Positions 47,539 to 58,260 of a stretch of DNA of 64,000 nt are shown here, in pieces. Both the position numbers and the translations under genes were made by a program. The stretch comes from Myxococcales bacterium. GTDB lineage: Bacteria > Myxococcota_A > Polyangia > Polyangiales > DASUME01. Positions within the stretch are counted from its first letter, which is position 1. Each line of letters opens with the position of its first letter. The stretch is taken from assembly GCA_047601445.1 (NCBI GenBank), contig JASGJH010000001.1, positions 3,872,001-3,936,000 on the forward strand. The letters run 5' to 3'. Below the pieces are notes generated by a model. That model worked only from the letters and a program-made list of their open reading frames with translations, did no database searches and was not told where the DNA came from.

Positions 47539-49065
47539 CTACACAACCGCAGGTCGCCGCGTGTGCCATGGCAGCGCACGCTCGAGTTGCCCTGCCAGGC
47601 CGAACAGGCGTCCCTCTTCGCCGTGCTCTGCCATGAACTGCACCCCGAGCGGGAGTCCATCGGCGAACTGCGCGAGCGGCAACGACATGGCAGGCACGCC
47701 CGTGACGTTGGCGAGTTGGGTGAAGGGCACCGCGGCCAGGTTGTTGAGCGTGGTCTCCTCGATGGTCTTCGCTGCCAACGGGACGAGCCGCAACAAGCCG
47801 AGCGGCGACCCGACGCGCATGAGCTGCTCGGCCCAGCGCGGTGTGGTCTGCTCGCCCACGCGGGCCGGGGGCAAGGCCTGCGTCGGCGTCATGTAGACGT
47901 CGTAGGAGCGCAGGAACTCGGACAACTGAAAGCTGTAGTGGGTCCAATTCACGTAGCTCTCGGCGTAGGACACCGCACTGCGCGCCTTGCCAATCGCTTC
48001 GATGGCCAACGTGTCGAGCTCGAAGTCTTCATTGATGGCGCGAAGCGAGGTGCGCGCGAGCTGCACCTGCAGTGCGAGCTGGGCGAACCAAATACTGCAG
48101 AAATCGCGGGCCAACGCGCGGCCGTCGAGTTCAGGCTCGGCCTCTTCCACATGATGCCCAAGCCCCTCGAGGGTGTGTGCCGTGCGCTCGATCGCCCTCA
48201 CGGCGTCGGCGTGCACGTCGGTGCCGAGCGGCGAGCGCGTGCTGAAGGCGATGCGCATGCGGCCGGGTTCGCGCTGCACTTCCTCTGCGTATGGACGCGC
48301 CGGTGCCGCAAGCCGCGTGATGCTGCCGCTCTCGGGCCCGTGGGTGGCATCGAGCATCGTGGCGCTGTCCCGCACCGTGCGTGTGAGCACGTGGTTCATC
48401 GCCGCCCCATGGAGCGCTTCACCCATCTCGGGGCCCGTAGGAGTTCGTCCGCGGCCGGGCTTGAAGCCAAACAGCCCCGTGTACGCGGCCGGAATCCGGA
48501 TCGATCCGCCGCCGTCGCTAGCTCCCGCCATGGGCACGACGCCCGCTGCCACGGCCGCCGCCGCCCCTCCGCTCGAACCACCAGGCGTGCGCGAGAGCTG
48601 CCACGGATTGCGCGTGGCGCCCCAGGCGTGGGGCTCGGTGATGCCCTTGCCGCCGAACTCCGGTGTGTTCGTGCGTCCGAACATCACGAGCCCGGCGGCC
48701 AACCAGCGCTCCACCAACACCGAATGACGCCGCGGCACGTAGCCGGCGCGACGATAGGCGCCACAACCCGAAGTGGAGAGGACGCCTGCGTAGTCCTGGT
48801 AGAGATCCTTCAGCAAGAAAGGCACCCCAGCGAAGCTCCCCGCGAGCGGGCCCGCGGCGCGTTCGCGCGCGATGGCGTGCATGGGAATCACGATGGCGTT
48901 AAGTCGGGGGTTCACCAGCTCGGCGCGCGCGATGGCCGCTTCCAGGAGTTCGCTCGCGGACACCTTTCCCGCCGCCACGAGCGCGGCCATGGCGACCGCA
49001 TCCAGAGCCGCATATTCCTCGTACGAGATCAAGACGTTACTCCCGGAGGCGCCCCGTGCGCGCAT
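47539..49065 (-). CDS. Amidase (amidase-signature family)
   Basis: GVPFLLKD, TPGGSSGG, ASDGGGSIRIPA, GLPLGVQ. Confidence 0.95.
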   Translation of the reverse strand: MRARGASGSNVLISYEEYAALDAVAMAALVAAGKVSASELLEAAIARAELVNPRLNAIVIPMHAIARERAAGPLAGSFAGVPFLLKDLYQDYAGVLSTSGCGAYRRAGYVPRRHSVLVERWLAAGLVMFGRTNTPEFGGKGITEPHAWGATRNPWQLSRTPGGSSGGAAAAVAAGVVPMAGASDGGGSIRIPAAYTGLFGFKPGRGRTPTGPEMGEALHGAAMNHVLTRTVRDSATMLDATHGPESGSITRLAAPARPYAEEVQREPGRMRIAFSTRSPLGTDVHADAVRAIERTAHTLEGLGHHVEEAEPELDGRALARDFCSIWFAQLALQVQLARTSLRAINEDFELDTLAIEAIGKARSAVSYAESYVNWTHYSFQLSEFLRSYDVYMTPTQALPPARVGEQTTPRWAEQLMRVGSPLGLLRLVPLAAKTIEETTLNNLAAVPFTQLANVTGVPAMSLPLAQFADGLPLGVQFMAEHGEEGRLFGLAGQLERALPWHTRRPAVV

Positions 49066-49169
49066 GGAGAAGTAGCACGACCGTCCTGCCGGTCCTTTGA
49101 CCCGAGCTGCCTACGCCTTGGCGTTGGCTGCCAAAAAGCGAGCTCGGCCCGAGGGCGCGGGCTCGGTTC

Positions 49170-50588
49170 CTACAAGAGGTCCGTGATCAGATCGGCGAAA
49201 GCCTCCAGTGACCGCACACTGAGGAAGTGATCTCGAACGCGCTCGCGGGCGCTGTTTCCCATGCGGTCGGACAAGCCCCGATCGCCCAGCAACCGAGCGA
49301 GGGCGTCGGCGAGCTCCAGTTGACTGTGAGGGTCGTCGAGCAGAATGCCCGACACGCCGTGCTCGATTTGGTCCTGGATGCCGCCCACGCGCGTCGCGAT
49401 CACCGGCTTGGCCTTCCACATGGCCTCCGAGACCGTGAGGCCGAAGCCCTCGCGCAAACTCTTCTGCACCACGATGGACGCGTGACGCTGCAGCGCGTTG
49501 ACGATGGCAGCGTTCTCCGCGGCGTCAGCCATGGGCAGGTTGATCAGATCGACGGCTCCGCGAACCTGGTGCGGCAGCGCGCGAAAGGCCGCCACGACCT
49601 CATCGAAGATGCCTGCTCCCTCGGGGTCGTCGGCAACCGCGTGCACGTTCGGGCCCGCGAGGATGAGTCGCGCTTGCCCGCCGCGCTCGATGTAGCGCGC
49701 GAAGCCGTGCAACACCCCGACGTGATCCTTGAGCCGATCCCAGCGGGAGATCTGCACCACGCAGGGGGTCCCTTCGCAACAGGCTCGGCCGAGGCGAATG
49801 ATGTCGGCGGCGCGCGTCACGAGCGAGCGCGAACCGTCCTCACGCACGAACTCGGCTGGCACCTGAGAGGGCGGTCCCTCCAGCAGCCCGGCCTGGACGA
49901 GGATCGATCGCACGGCGCCCGCGCTCAGCGGCTGGTTCTTGGCAGAGAGCGGATCGATGCTGGGAGCGATGACGCGCGCGGGCACCGGGAGCTCCTGGGG
50001 GATGTAGGCCTGACGCGAGAAGACGCAGCAGTGCAGGCGGGCAAAGTACGGCCACAGGAACGCCAGTGCCGCGCGCGAGTACTCGTTCTGGACATCGGCC
50101 CCGATGTGACAACGCCAGATCACTTTGACCCCGGCCCTCGCCAGCACGTCGGCGACACCGAGCGTCTGGGGATCGTGGAGGATGACTATGTCCCCGGGTC
50201 GCGCGAGCACCCGCAGCTCACTGGCGTTCTCGGCGCTGGTCCGCTCGTACTCCACGCGCTCGATCTCTCCGAAGGTTGTGTCCACCGCGGCACCGTGCAG
50301 CGCGTTGTGTAGGCGCTTGGTGAGCTGGAAAAAGCTGGGGCTGCCGTGAATGACGACCCAGTTGCACTCCACCCCAGCGCCGCGTGAGTAGGCCACCAGC
50401 GAGCGCAGCATCTCGGCCACACCGCCACCACGCCCCGTGGAGTTCACGTTCCAGATCGCGCGCCCGCTCAGGGCCGCAAGGAGTCGCTCGGCCTTGCGCT
50501 GCAAGCGCTCCATGGCCTGCGCGGTGCAGAATGGAGAGAGCGCACGCAGACTCCGCGCCGGGACCTGCTCTTGCTGCAGCGCCTGCAT
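49170..50588 (-). CDS. treT: GT4 glycosyltransferase, trehalose synthase TreT-like
   Basis: NVNSTGRGGGVAEML, HDPQ, WRCHIG, PSIDPLSAKN, QISRWDRLKD, QKSLREGFGLTVSEAMWK. Confidence 0.88.
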   Translation of the reverse strand: MQALQQEQVPARSLRALSPFCTAQAMERLQRKAERLLAALSGRAIWNVNSTGRGGGVAEMLRSLVAYSRGAGVECNWVVIHGSPSFFQLTKRLHNALHGAAVDTTFGEIERVEYERTSAENASELRVLARPGDIVILHDPQTLGVADVLARAGVKVIWRCHIGADVQNEYSRAALAFLWPYFARLHCCVFSRQAYIPQELPVPARVIAPSIDPLSAKNQPLSAGAVRSILVQAGLLEGPPSQVPAEFVREDGSRSLVTRAADIIRLGRACCEGTPCVVQISRWDRLKDHVGVLHGFARYIERGGQARLILAGPNVHAVADDPEGAGIFDEVVAAFRALPHQVRGAVDLINLPMADAAENAAIVNALQRHASIVVQKSLREGFGLTVSEAMWKAKPVIATRVGGIQDQIEHGVSGILLDDPHSQLELADALARLLGDRGLSDRMGNSARERVRDHFLSVRSLEAFADLITDLL

Positions 50589-50689
50589 GCTGTGAGTCTG
50601 GGCCCAGCCGCCAGGCCCTACCAGGAGGGGTTGCACCATGGCCGGATCGCGCCAGGATGGCGATGGTCGGAGCACGCGACCCGAGGTCC

Positions 50690-53401
50690 ATGAACGCCCG
50701 AGCTGCACCGCAAGAGCACGCTATGGCTCGCCGCGAGGGCTGGCATGCACTCGACGCGCGCGCAGTCCTCGCGACCCTCGGGGTCACATTGGACGGCCTC
50801 TCAACGGGCGAGGCCGAGCGACGCTTGCAGGAAATCGGTCCCAACGCGTTGCCGGAGCGCCCACCGACCTCGGTGCTGCGGCTCTTCCTGCGCCAATTTC
50901 AGAGCCCCTTGATCTATCTGCTGTTCGTCGCGGCGGGCATCGCTTTCGCGCTCGGCGAACATACCGATGCAGCCGTCATCGTCGGCGTGCTCTTGCTGAA
51001 CGCCGTGGTGGGCGCCTTCCAAGAGGGTCGGGCCCAGCGGTCCATGGCGGCGCTCCTCTCGCTCGACAAGCTCGAGACGCGCGTGCTGCGCGATGGAACC
51101 GAGCGCGCCCTCTCATCGCGTGAGCTGGTACCCGGCGACATGCTCCTGCTCGCAGCAGGCGACGCCGTGCCCGCCGATGCGCGCGTGGTAGAGGCCGTGG
51201 GTCTCGAAGCCGCAGAGGCCGCGTTGACCGGAGAATCCGTGCCGGTCGCCAAGGCCGAGGAGGCGACGCCAACGGATGTGGGACTCGGCGAGCGAGCAAG
51301 CATGGTGTTCTCCGGCACCACGGTGACTGCCGGCCGTGCACGGGCCGTGGTCACTGCCACCGGCAACGCCACGGAGGTCGGTCGCGTGTTGCTGCTCGCG
51401 GAGCAGGTCGCCGATTCCGCGACCCCGCTCGAGCGCAGAATTCAGGCGCTCGGACACGGGCTGCTCTATGCGGGACTCGGCGCGTTCACGCTCGTGTTGA
51501 TCGCGGGCCTGTGGCGGCACCTGCCATGGAGCCAGGTCTTGATGATCGCGATCAGCCAATTGGTGTCGGTGATTCCAGAGGGGCTTCCGGTGGCGATGAC
51601 CATCGCGTTGGCCGTGGGAATGCAGCGCATGGCCGCGCGCGGAGCCGTGGTGCGTCGCCTCTCGGCAGTGGAATCGCTCGGCTCCACCACGGTGATTTGT
51701 ACCGACAAGACGGGCACCCTGACGCGCAACGAGATGACCGTGACCGAGGTGTGGCTGGCAGATGGTCGAACGCTCTCGGTCAGCGGCTCCGGCTATCGGC
51801 CCGACGGAGGCGTGACGCACGGCGAAACCAAGCTCGCCGCTCGCGACCCGCTCGTGACGCGCCTGTGCGAGGCCATCGTATTGTGCAACGACGCCACGCT
51901 GACCGTGACCCCCGCCGGCGTGCGGGCACTCGGCGACCCGACCGAGCTCGCCCTGCTCACCTTCGCGGCCAAGGCGGGCATCGACATCGACCAGCTCCGA
52001 AAGCGCGTGCCTCGCAGCGCCGAGCTCCCATTCGACTCGCGCACGAAGCTGATGGCGACCCAACACGGTCGTCGCATCGTCATCAAGGGAGCTCCCGAGG
52101 CCATCCTGGCCCTGTGCGGCAAGGCAGCGCTCGCCGAGGCTTGGGCCCCGAAGGAAGCGCGCGCCCACGCCGTGAGCATGGCCGACCAGGCGCTACGCGT
52201 GCTCGGGGTGGCGGAGCTCGAGGACGCCGAGCTTGGTCCAGACGGCTATGAATCCCTGCGCAGCAAGGCCTCGTTCTTGGGGCTCGTGGGACAGGTGGAC
52301 CCGCCGCGGCCGGAGGTCTCACCGGCCGTGGAGACGTGCCGACGCGCCGGCATTCGAACGCTGATGATCACCGGCGATCACAAGGCGACCGGGCTCGCCA
52401 TCGCCAGGCAGCTGGGCATTGGCACGGCCGCGGATGCCGCCATCGACCGTCGCCAGCTGGCCGACCTGAGCGACGAACAGCTGCTGGCCGAGCTGCCGAA
52501 GATCGCGGTGTTCGCCCGCGTGGAGCCCGCTGACAAGCTGCGCATCGTGGGGGCGTTGCAACGGAGCGCACAGGTGGTGGCCATGACGGGCGATGGCGTC
52601 AATGACGCGCCTGCCCTGGCCCAAGCGGACGTGGGTGTCGCCATGGGCCTCACGGGGACCGACGTGGCCAAGCAAGCTGCCGACATCGTGCTCACCGACG
52701 ACAACTTCACCACCATCGTCAGCGCGGTCGAGGAAGGTCGCATCGTTTTTCAGAACATCAAAAAGGTCATCCTGCTCTTGCTCTCCACGGGCTCGGCGGA
52801 GATCTTCGTGCTCCTGCTGGCGCTCGTGCTCGACTTTCCACCTCCCTTCGTCGCTGTCCAGATCCTCTGGAACAACGTGGTCACCGAGGGCACCATCACC
52901 GTCAATCTCACGATGGACCCGGCCTCGGGCGACGAGATGTCGCGGCCCCCCATCCCCGCCCACGCTACCATCGTCGATCGGGCTGCGCTGCTGCGACTGG
53001 CCTTGATGTCGCTCAGCATCACGGTGGTCACGCTCGGCTTCTTCGCCTTTCGACTCCACGGCGGGGTGGACTTCGAGCACACGCGCACCGCCACGTTCAC
53101 GCTGCTGGCGGTCTGCGAATGGTTCAACGTCTTGAACTGCCGCTCCGAAACGCGCAGCGCGCTGAACTTCGACTTCCTGCGCAACCATTGGCTGATGGGT
53201 GGGCTCGTCCTCTCGAACTTGCTGCAACTCGCGGTCGTCTACCTGCCGCCCCTCAACCGCACCTTCCACACCGTGCCCTTGCCCTTTTCGGAGTTCCTCT
53301 TGATCGGCGCATGGGGTTCCCTGGTGCTGTGGGTGGAGGAGGCCCGCAAGCTGTGGGTGCGCAGACGGTCCCGGACGCAGCGTTCGCTCGCCTCCGCCTG
53401 A
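50690..53401 (+). CDS. Cation-transporting P-type ATPase (P2A, Ca2+-type)
   Basis: LTGES, IPEGLP, DKTGTLT, KGAPE, MITGD, TGDGVNDAPAL, QILWNN. Confidence 0.96.
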   Translation: MNARAAPQEHAMARREGWHALDARAVLATLGVTLDGLSTGEAERRLQEIGPNALPERPPTSVLRLFLRQFQSPLIYLLFVAAGIAFALGEHTDAAVIVGVLLLNAVVGAFQEGRAQRSMAALLSLDKLETRVLRDGTERALSSRELVPGDMLLLAAGDAVPADARVVEAVGLEAAEAALTGESVPVAKAEEATPTDVGLGERASMVFSGTTVTAGRARAVVTATGNATEVGRVLLLAEQVADSATPLERRIQALGHGLLYAGLGAFTLVLIAGLWRHLPWSQVLMIAISQLVSVIPEGLPVAMTIALAVGMQRMAARGAVVRRLSAVESLGSTTVICTDKTGTLTRNEMTVTEVWLADGRTLSVSGSGYRPDGGVTHGETKLAARDPLVTRLCEAIVLCNDATLTVTPAGVRALGDPTELALLTFAAKAGIDIDQLRKRVPRSAELPFDSRTKLMATQHGRRIVIKGAPEAILALCGKAALAEAWAPKEARAHAVSMADQALRVLGVAELEDAELGPDGYESLRSKASFLGLVGQVDPPRPEVSPAVETCRRAGIRTLMITGDHKATGLAIARQLGIGTAADAAIDRRQLADLSDEQLLAELPKIAVFARVEPADKLRIVGALQRSAQVVAMTGDGVNDAPALAQADVGVAMGLTGTDVAKQAADIVLTDDNFTTIVSAVEEGRIVFQNIKKVILLLLSTGSAEIFVLLLALVLDFPPPFVAVQILWNNVVTEGTITVNLTMDPASGDEMSRPPIPAHATIVDRAALLRLALMSLSITVVTLGFFAFRLHGGVDFEHTRTATFTLLAVCEWFNVLNCRSETRSALNFDFLRNHWLMGGLVLSNLLQLAVVYLPPLNRTFHTVPLPFSEFLLIGAWGSLVLWVEEARKLWVRRRSRTQRSLASA

Positions 53402-53489
53402 GTGCAGCCAAGGCGCTGGCCTCCCTCGCCTCGGAGTGGCGTCGAATTTGCGCTCGCCCGTGCAGGCCCGTGCAAATCCTGCGCCCTTG

Positions 53490-53512
53490 CACGAGCCCGA
53501 TGCGGGCTCGTG
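53490..53512. other. Perfect 10-bp stem-loop CACGAGCCCG-ATG-CGGGCTCGTG
   Basis: Intergenic hairpin ~90 nt after the ATPase stop; no U-tract. Confidence 0.55.
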
Positions 53513-53584
53513 GAGCCATCACCTGCTCGCCCCCCTTTGCACAGGCATGCGTTGTCGGGCCCGAAACGAGCCACCCCTCCTCGC

Positions 53585-53600
53585 TGGCACGCCACCTGCC
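53585..53600 (+). promoter_or_regulatory. Candidate sigma54 -24/-12 promoter TGGCACGCCACCTGC
   Basis: TGGCACG plus GG-N10-GC spacing, but very close to the RBS and ATG (53614). Confidence 0.4.
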
Positions 53601-53613
53601 TAAGGAGAAGATC

Positions 53614-54970
53614 ATGCAGCTCACCTTCGCCGGCGCGGCCGGCACCGTCACAGGCTCCCGCTACCTCCTGCAAACCCAGTCTGCGCGCGTCCTGATCGAC
53701 TGCGGACTCTTTCAGGGCCTCAAGTCCCTACGCGAGCGCAACTGGAGCCCACTCCCGTTCGAGCCGGCCAGCCTGGACGCGGTGATCATCACGCACGCGC
53801 ACATCGACCACTCGGGCTATCTGCCGAGGCTGGTAAGCGCCGGCTTCCGCGGCAAGATTCTGGTGCACCCGCGGGACAGCCGATCTGCTGCAGATTCTGC
53901 TGCCCGACTCGGGCCATCTCCAGGAAGAGGAGGCACGCCGGGCCAACCGCTACGAGTACGCCCACCACCATCCCGCGCTGCCGCTCTACACACGCGAAGA
54001 AGCCGAGCGCTGTTTGAGCCAGCTGTCCTGCGTGGACTTTCAGGCCAGTTTCAGCCCCCATCCGACCCTGCGATGCAGCTTCTCGCGCGCGGGCCACATT
54101 CTCGGCTCGGCCTGTCTGCAGCTCGAGGCGGAAGGCCGAACCCTCGGCTTCACGGGCGATGTCGGGCGCCCCAACGATCCCGTGATGCGACCTCCAGCAG
54201 CGCTCCCCCCGTGTAACTACCTGGTCATCGAGTCCACCTACGGTGACCGCCGGCATCCGAGCGAAGACGTCGACGAACGACTCGCCACGATCACCAACGC
54301 GACCATCGAGCGCGGCGGCACGCTGCTGATTCCAGCCTTCGCCGTCGGACGCACGCAGCATCTGTTGCACTTGCTCGCGCGCCTGCGCGAGCAGAAGCGC
54401 ATCCCGCAGGTCCCCATCTATCTGGATAGCCCGATGGCCATCGACGCCACCCAGCTCCTGCTGCGCTATCCCGGAGATCACTCGCTGACCCCGGCGGAGT
54501 GCGAGCGCCTCGGCAGCGTGGCGCACTGCACGGGAACACCCGACGAGTCGCGGCTCCTGGACCAGGACGGGGCGCCCAGAATCATCCTGTCGGCCAGCGG
54601 CATGGCCACAGGAGGACGCGTTCTGTACCATCTGCGACGCTACCTGCCGGAGCCTCAACACACGGTGCTCCTGGTGGGCTACCAGGCCAGCGGAACCCGC
54701 GGACGCTCCCTGCAGGAAGGCGCCGATGAGCTGAAGATTCACGGCCAATACGTGACCGTCCGCGCCCAGGTCGCTCACATCGACGGTCTCTCGGCCCACG
54801 CTGACTATGCCGAGCTGATCGATTGGCTCAAGCAGAGCGGCCTCGCCCCACGTCGCGTCTTCGTGACACATGGAGAACCGGGCCCCGCGGACGCCTTTCG
54901 GAGGCGTCTGCGCGATACGTTCTCATGGGACGTTCGCGTGCCCGAGCTCGGCAGCGTCGCGGAGTTGTAA
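53614..54970 (+). CDS. MBL-fold beta-CASP ribonuclease-like protein; +1 frameshift at ~53858
   Basis: GAAGTVTGS, DCGLFQG, THAHIDHSGYLP; then AGHILGSA, ESTYG, PAFAVGR, ASGMATGGR, SAHAD, THGE. RBS AAGGAG. Confidence 0.92.
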
Positions 54971-55024
54971 AGATCGCGGTGGATCCAAACGCGGTTGGCC
55001 CACTACTTGCTGATCTAGTGTGCG

Positions 55025-55549
55025 ATGGCGTTCCCTTCACGTCCCCGCCGCAGGCTGCTCGCTTCCGTGCTCATCGCATCGGCGCTGCTCTCGGGCTGCG
55101 CGTCTCGGACACGCTTCGACGGCACCCACGTGCGCAAAGAACAGGTGGATTACCAAGTGGGCTCGCTGCCCGCGGGCTGGCGCCGCGTGCACGTGAAGGG
55201 AAACGACCTGGCCTTCCACCGCTCCGCCAGCGGAACCATCTCGGTCAATGCCCGCTGCAAAGGCTACGACGACGTGCCCCCGCAGGTGCTGCTGAATCAG
55301 CTGCTGTTCGGCACCACGGATCGACGCTACCTGCTCGACGAAGAGGTCACCCTGGACGGCCGCGGCGCGCTCCATGCGGTCACCGAAGCCGAACTCGACG
55401 GGGTCCCGGTACGGCTCGAGAACTACCTCCTGTTGCGGTCCGGTTGCCTGTTCGACCTGGGCTACATCAGCAACCTGAGCGCCCCCGCCGCCGACGACTT
55501 CCACTACTTCGTGGAGCGCTTCCACGTGGAGGCCGTGCGCCATGACTGA
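55025..55549 (+). CDS. Lipoprotein at the head of the Mla-like operon
   Basis: Lipobox LSGC; LDGRGAL..LDGVPV..GCLFDL; overlaps the permease start. Confidence 0.75.
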   Translation: MAFPSRPRRRLLASVLIASALLSGCASRTRFDGTHVRKEQVDYQVGSLPAGWRRVHVKGNDLAFHRSASGTISVNARCKGYDDVPPQVLLNQLLFGTTDRRYLLDEEVTLDGRGALHAVTEAELDGVPVRLENYLLLRSGCLFDLGYISNLSAPAADDFHYFVERFHVEAVRHD

Positions 55550-56348
55550 CGCCAGCAGCACCAGCGAAGTTCGCTTTGCGAACGGCTCGAGTCCGGTGAG
55601 CGACACACTGCGCCTGCTTGGTGGAGTCGCCCAACTCACCCGCGATGCACTGCGCGCCGCCCTGCGTCGGCCCTTCGAGTTCGGCGAGGTCGTGCGGCAA
55701 ATCAACCAGGTCGGCGCGCGATCCGTCACCATCGCGCTCCTCACTTCGGCCTTCTCCGCCATGGTGATTACGGTCCAGTTCGCCCTGCAGCTGTCGCGCT
55801 TCGGCGCCAAGAGCTGGGTCGGCAGCGTGGTGGGCGTCACCCTGGCCCGCGAGCTCGGGCCAGTGATGACGGCCTTGGTCGTTGGAGGTCGCGTCGGTGC
55901 GGGCATCGCCGCAGAGCTCGGCTCCATGGCGGTCACCGAGCAAATCGACGCGATCCGCGTGCTCGGCGCGGACCCCATACGTAAGCTGGTGGTGCCGCGT
56001 GTGATCGCCTGCATGGTGGTGCTTCCGCTGATGACCTCCATGGCCGTGGTGCTCGGCATCGTCGGGGGCGCGTTGATTGCGTCCATCGACTCCAACATCA
56101 GCTTCGCCCACTTCTACAACGCTGCCTGGCACGCCACCACCATGAACGACTTCTTGTCGGGGCTCGCGAAGACGGTCTTCTTCGGCTTCAACATCGCCAT
56201 CGTCTCGTGCCAGCTCGGGCTTCACACCCGCGGCGGGACAGCCGGCGTGGGCAGCGCGACCACGCGCTCCGTGGTGGTCACGTCGGTGATCACCCTGATC
56301 GGAGATTTCCTCCTGACCAAGTTGATTCTCACGCTGGATGGAGCCTGA
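55542..56348 (+). CDS. mlaE: MlaE family ABC permease
   Basis: RELGPVMTALVVGGRVGAGIAAELGSMAVTEQIDAI..DP..LVVPR; GVGSATT. Confidence 0.94.
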   Translation: MTDASSTSEVRFANGSSPVSDTLRLLGGVAQLTRDALRAALRRPFEFGEVVRQINQVGARSVTIALLTSAFSAMVITVQFALQLSRFGAKSWVGSVVGVTLARELGPVMTALVVGGRVGAGIAAELGSMAVTEQIDAIRVLGADPIRKLVVPRVIACMVVLPLMTSMAVVLGIVGGALIASIDSNISFAHFYNAAWHATTMNDFLSGLAKTVFFGFNIAIVSCQLGLHTRGGTAGVGSATTRSVVVTSVITLIGDFLLTKLILTLDGA

Positions 56349-56349
56349 T

Positions 56350-57120
56350 ATGGACGGCGCTGAAGCCATCGTCTTCGAGCAGGTCTCGAAGTCATTCGGC
56401 GACAACGTGATCTACACCGGCCTGGATCTGCGGGTCCGAAGCGGTGAGATCCTCACCATCCTGGGCGGTAGCGGCTCGGGCAAGAGCGTGATGCTCAAGA
56501 TGATGCTCGGCCTCGTGAAGCCGGATCAGGGCCGCGTGCTGGTGGCCGGTGACGACCTGAACCAGCTCGGCGGGCAAGGCTTGCAGCAAGTGCGGCGCAA
56601 GGTCGGGATGCTGTTCCAAGGCAGCGCGCTCTTCGACTCGATGGACGTATTCGACAACGTGTCCTACGCCCTGGTGGAGCGCTGCAGCCACGACGAAGCC
56701 GCGGTTCGCGAGCGCGTGGCCCAGGTGCTGGAGATGGTGGGCTTGCCGGGCACCGAAGCGCTCATGCCGAACGAGCTTAGCGGCGGCATGAAGAAGCGCG
56801 TCGCGCTGGCCCGCGCGGTGGCCGAGGTCCCGGACATCCTCCTGTACGACGAGCCCACCACTGGGCTCGACCCCATGAACGTACGGCGCATCAGCGAGCT
56901 CATCTTGCGCCTGCGAGACGAGCTGCACGTGACTTCCATCGTGGTCACCCATGACCTCGCGAGCGCCTTCTTCGTGAGCGATCGACTCGCCATGCTGGCC
57001 GACCGGCGCATCACCGAAATCGACGAGCCGCAGGGCTTTCGCGAGAGCGCACGACCCGAGGTCCAGGAGTTTCTGGGGGCCATGCAGGTGGTCTCTTTCG
57101 AGCGGGAGAATCGGCCATGA
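56350..57120 (+). CDS. mlaF: MlaF family ABC ATP-binding protein
   Basis: GGSGSGKS, FQGSALFDS, LSGGMKKRVALARA, YDEPTTGLDP, VTHD. Confidence 0.94.
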   Translation: MDGAEAIVFEQVSKSFGDNVIYTGLDLRVRSGEILTILGGSGSGKSVMLKMMLGLVKPDQGRVLVAGDDLNQLGGQGLQQVRRKVGMLFQGSALFDSMDVFDNVSYALVERCSHDEAAVRERVAQVLEMVGLPGTEALMPNELSGGMKKRVALARAVAEVPDILLYDEPTTGLDPMNVRRISELILRLRDELHVTSIVVTHDLASAFFVSDRLAMLADRRITEIDEPQGFRESARPEVQEFLGAMQVVSFERENRP

Positions 57121-58241
57121 AGAAGGGCAAGGACGAAGCCCTGCGCGCAGGCATTTTCGTGCTCGCAGGCGTAGTCTTCCTCACCATCGCGATCTTCGCG
57201 CTAGGCCGCAAGAGCGCCCTGTTCAGCCGCACCACGACCCTGTACGCGAGCTTCGACGACCTCAGCGGCCTGACCGTGGGCACGCCCGTCAAGCTCGCGG
57301 GCTTGGAAATCGGCAGCGTGACCGCGCTCTCCTTCCCACCTGAGCTCGAGCGCAAGGAGACGCGGGTCCGCCTGGAAGTGCAGAGCAAGTACATGAGCCG
57401 CATCCGCTCCGACTCACGTGTGTTCATCGACTCGGCCGGCCTGCTCGGCGACAAGGTCGTGAACATCAGCATGGGCGACGCGAAGCGACCGATGCTCGAG
57501 GACGGTGATAGCCTGGCAGTCGGACGCAGTGTCTCGTTCGAACAAATTTCGGAGAATGCGGACCGTGTGATCCAATCGCTCGGTGACATCACGGCATCGC
57601 TGGACAACCTGATTCGCGATCAAGAGACCCAGGCCCTGCCTCGCGAGGCCTCGCGTGCAGCCAGCTCGCTCGCTCACATCTTGAGCGCCGTCGAGCACGG
57701 TCCCGGACTCGCGCATCGGGTCATCTACGACCCGGCCTACGCGGCGGACATGGAGAGCATCCTCGCGAGCACACGCGGGCTAGCGAAAAGCGCGGCCTCC
57801 GCGGTGGCGCGCGTCGATCACGTGGTAAATGAAGTGGAGCACGGCCAGGGCACGCTGCACGAGCTCGTCTATGGCGCGCAAGGCAAGCGTGCGCTCGACG
57901 AACTGGCGAACGCCGCCCACAGCATCGACGAGGTGGTCAGCCAGGTCCAGAGCGGGGACGGCGTGCTGCACACGCTCGTGTACAGCCAAGACAAGGGGAA
58001 CTTTCTCGAGGAGCTGAACCAAATGTCGGCCACCCTCAACCGCATCGTCCAAGACGTCGATCGCGGACGCGGCACGGTCGGCGGCCTGGTCCGAGATCCG
58101 ACCGTCTACGAAGATCTCAAGCGAACCCTCGGCGACGTCGAGCGCAACGTGATCTTCAAGGCGCTCGTGCGAATGACCGTGGACAAGGATCACCTGCGGC
58201 GCACCGAGCGCGCGCCGACGCCGGTGGAAACGACGCCGTAG
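57117..58241 (+). CDS. mlaD: MlaD/MCE family protein with long helical tail
   Basis: N-terminal TM helix; GLTVGTPVKLAGLEIGSV; GLLGDK; repeated GxGxLHxLVY units. Confidence 0.92.
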   Translation: MKKGKDEALRAGIFVLAGVVFLTIAIFALGRKSALFSRTTTLYASFDDLSGLTVGTPVKLAGLEIGSVTALSFPPELERKETRVRLEVQSKYMSRIRSDSRVFIDSAGLLGDKVVNISMGDAKRPMLEDGDSLAVGRSVSFEQISENADRVIQSLGDITASLDNLIRDQETQALPREASRAASSLAHILSAVEHGPGLAHRVIYDPAYAADMESILASTRGLAKSAASAVARVDHVVNEVEHGQGTLHELVYGAQGKRALDELANAAHSIDEVVSQVQSGDGVLHTLVYSQDKGNFLEELNQMSATLNRIVQDVDRGRGTVGGLVRDPTVYEDLKRTLGDVERNVIFKALVRMTVDKDHLRRTERAPTPVETTP

Positions 58242-58260
58242 GAAGGGAGCGACAGGCGAC

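Noticed and set aside
53614..54970. beta-CASP MBL as a second defence nuclease
   Set aside because: It belongs to a widespread family commonly found in Usp/stress clusters, and has no defence context here.
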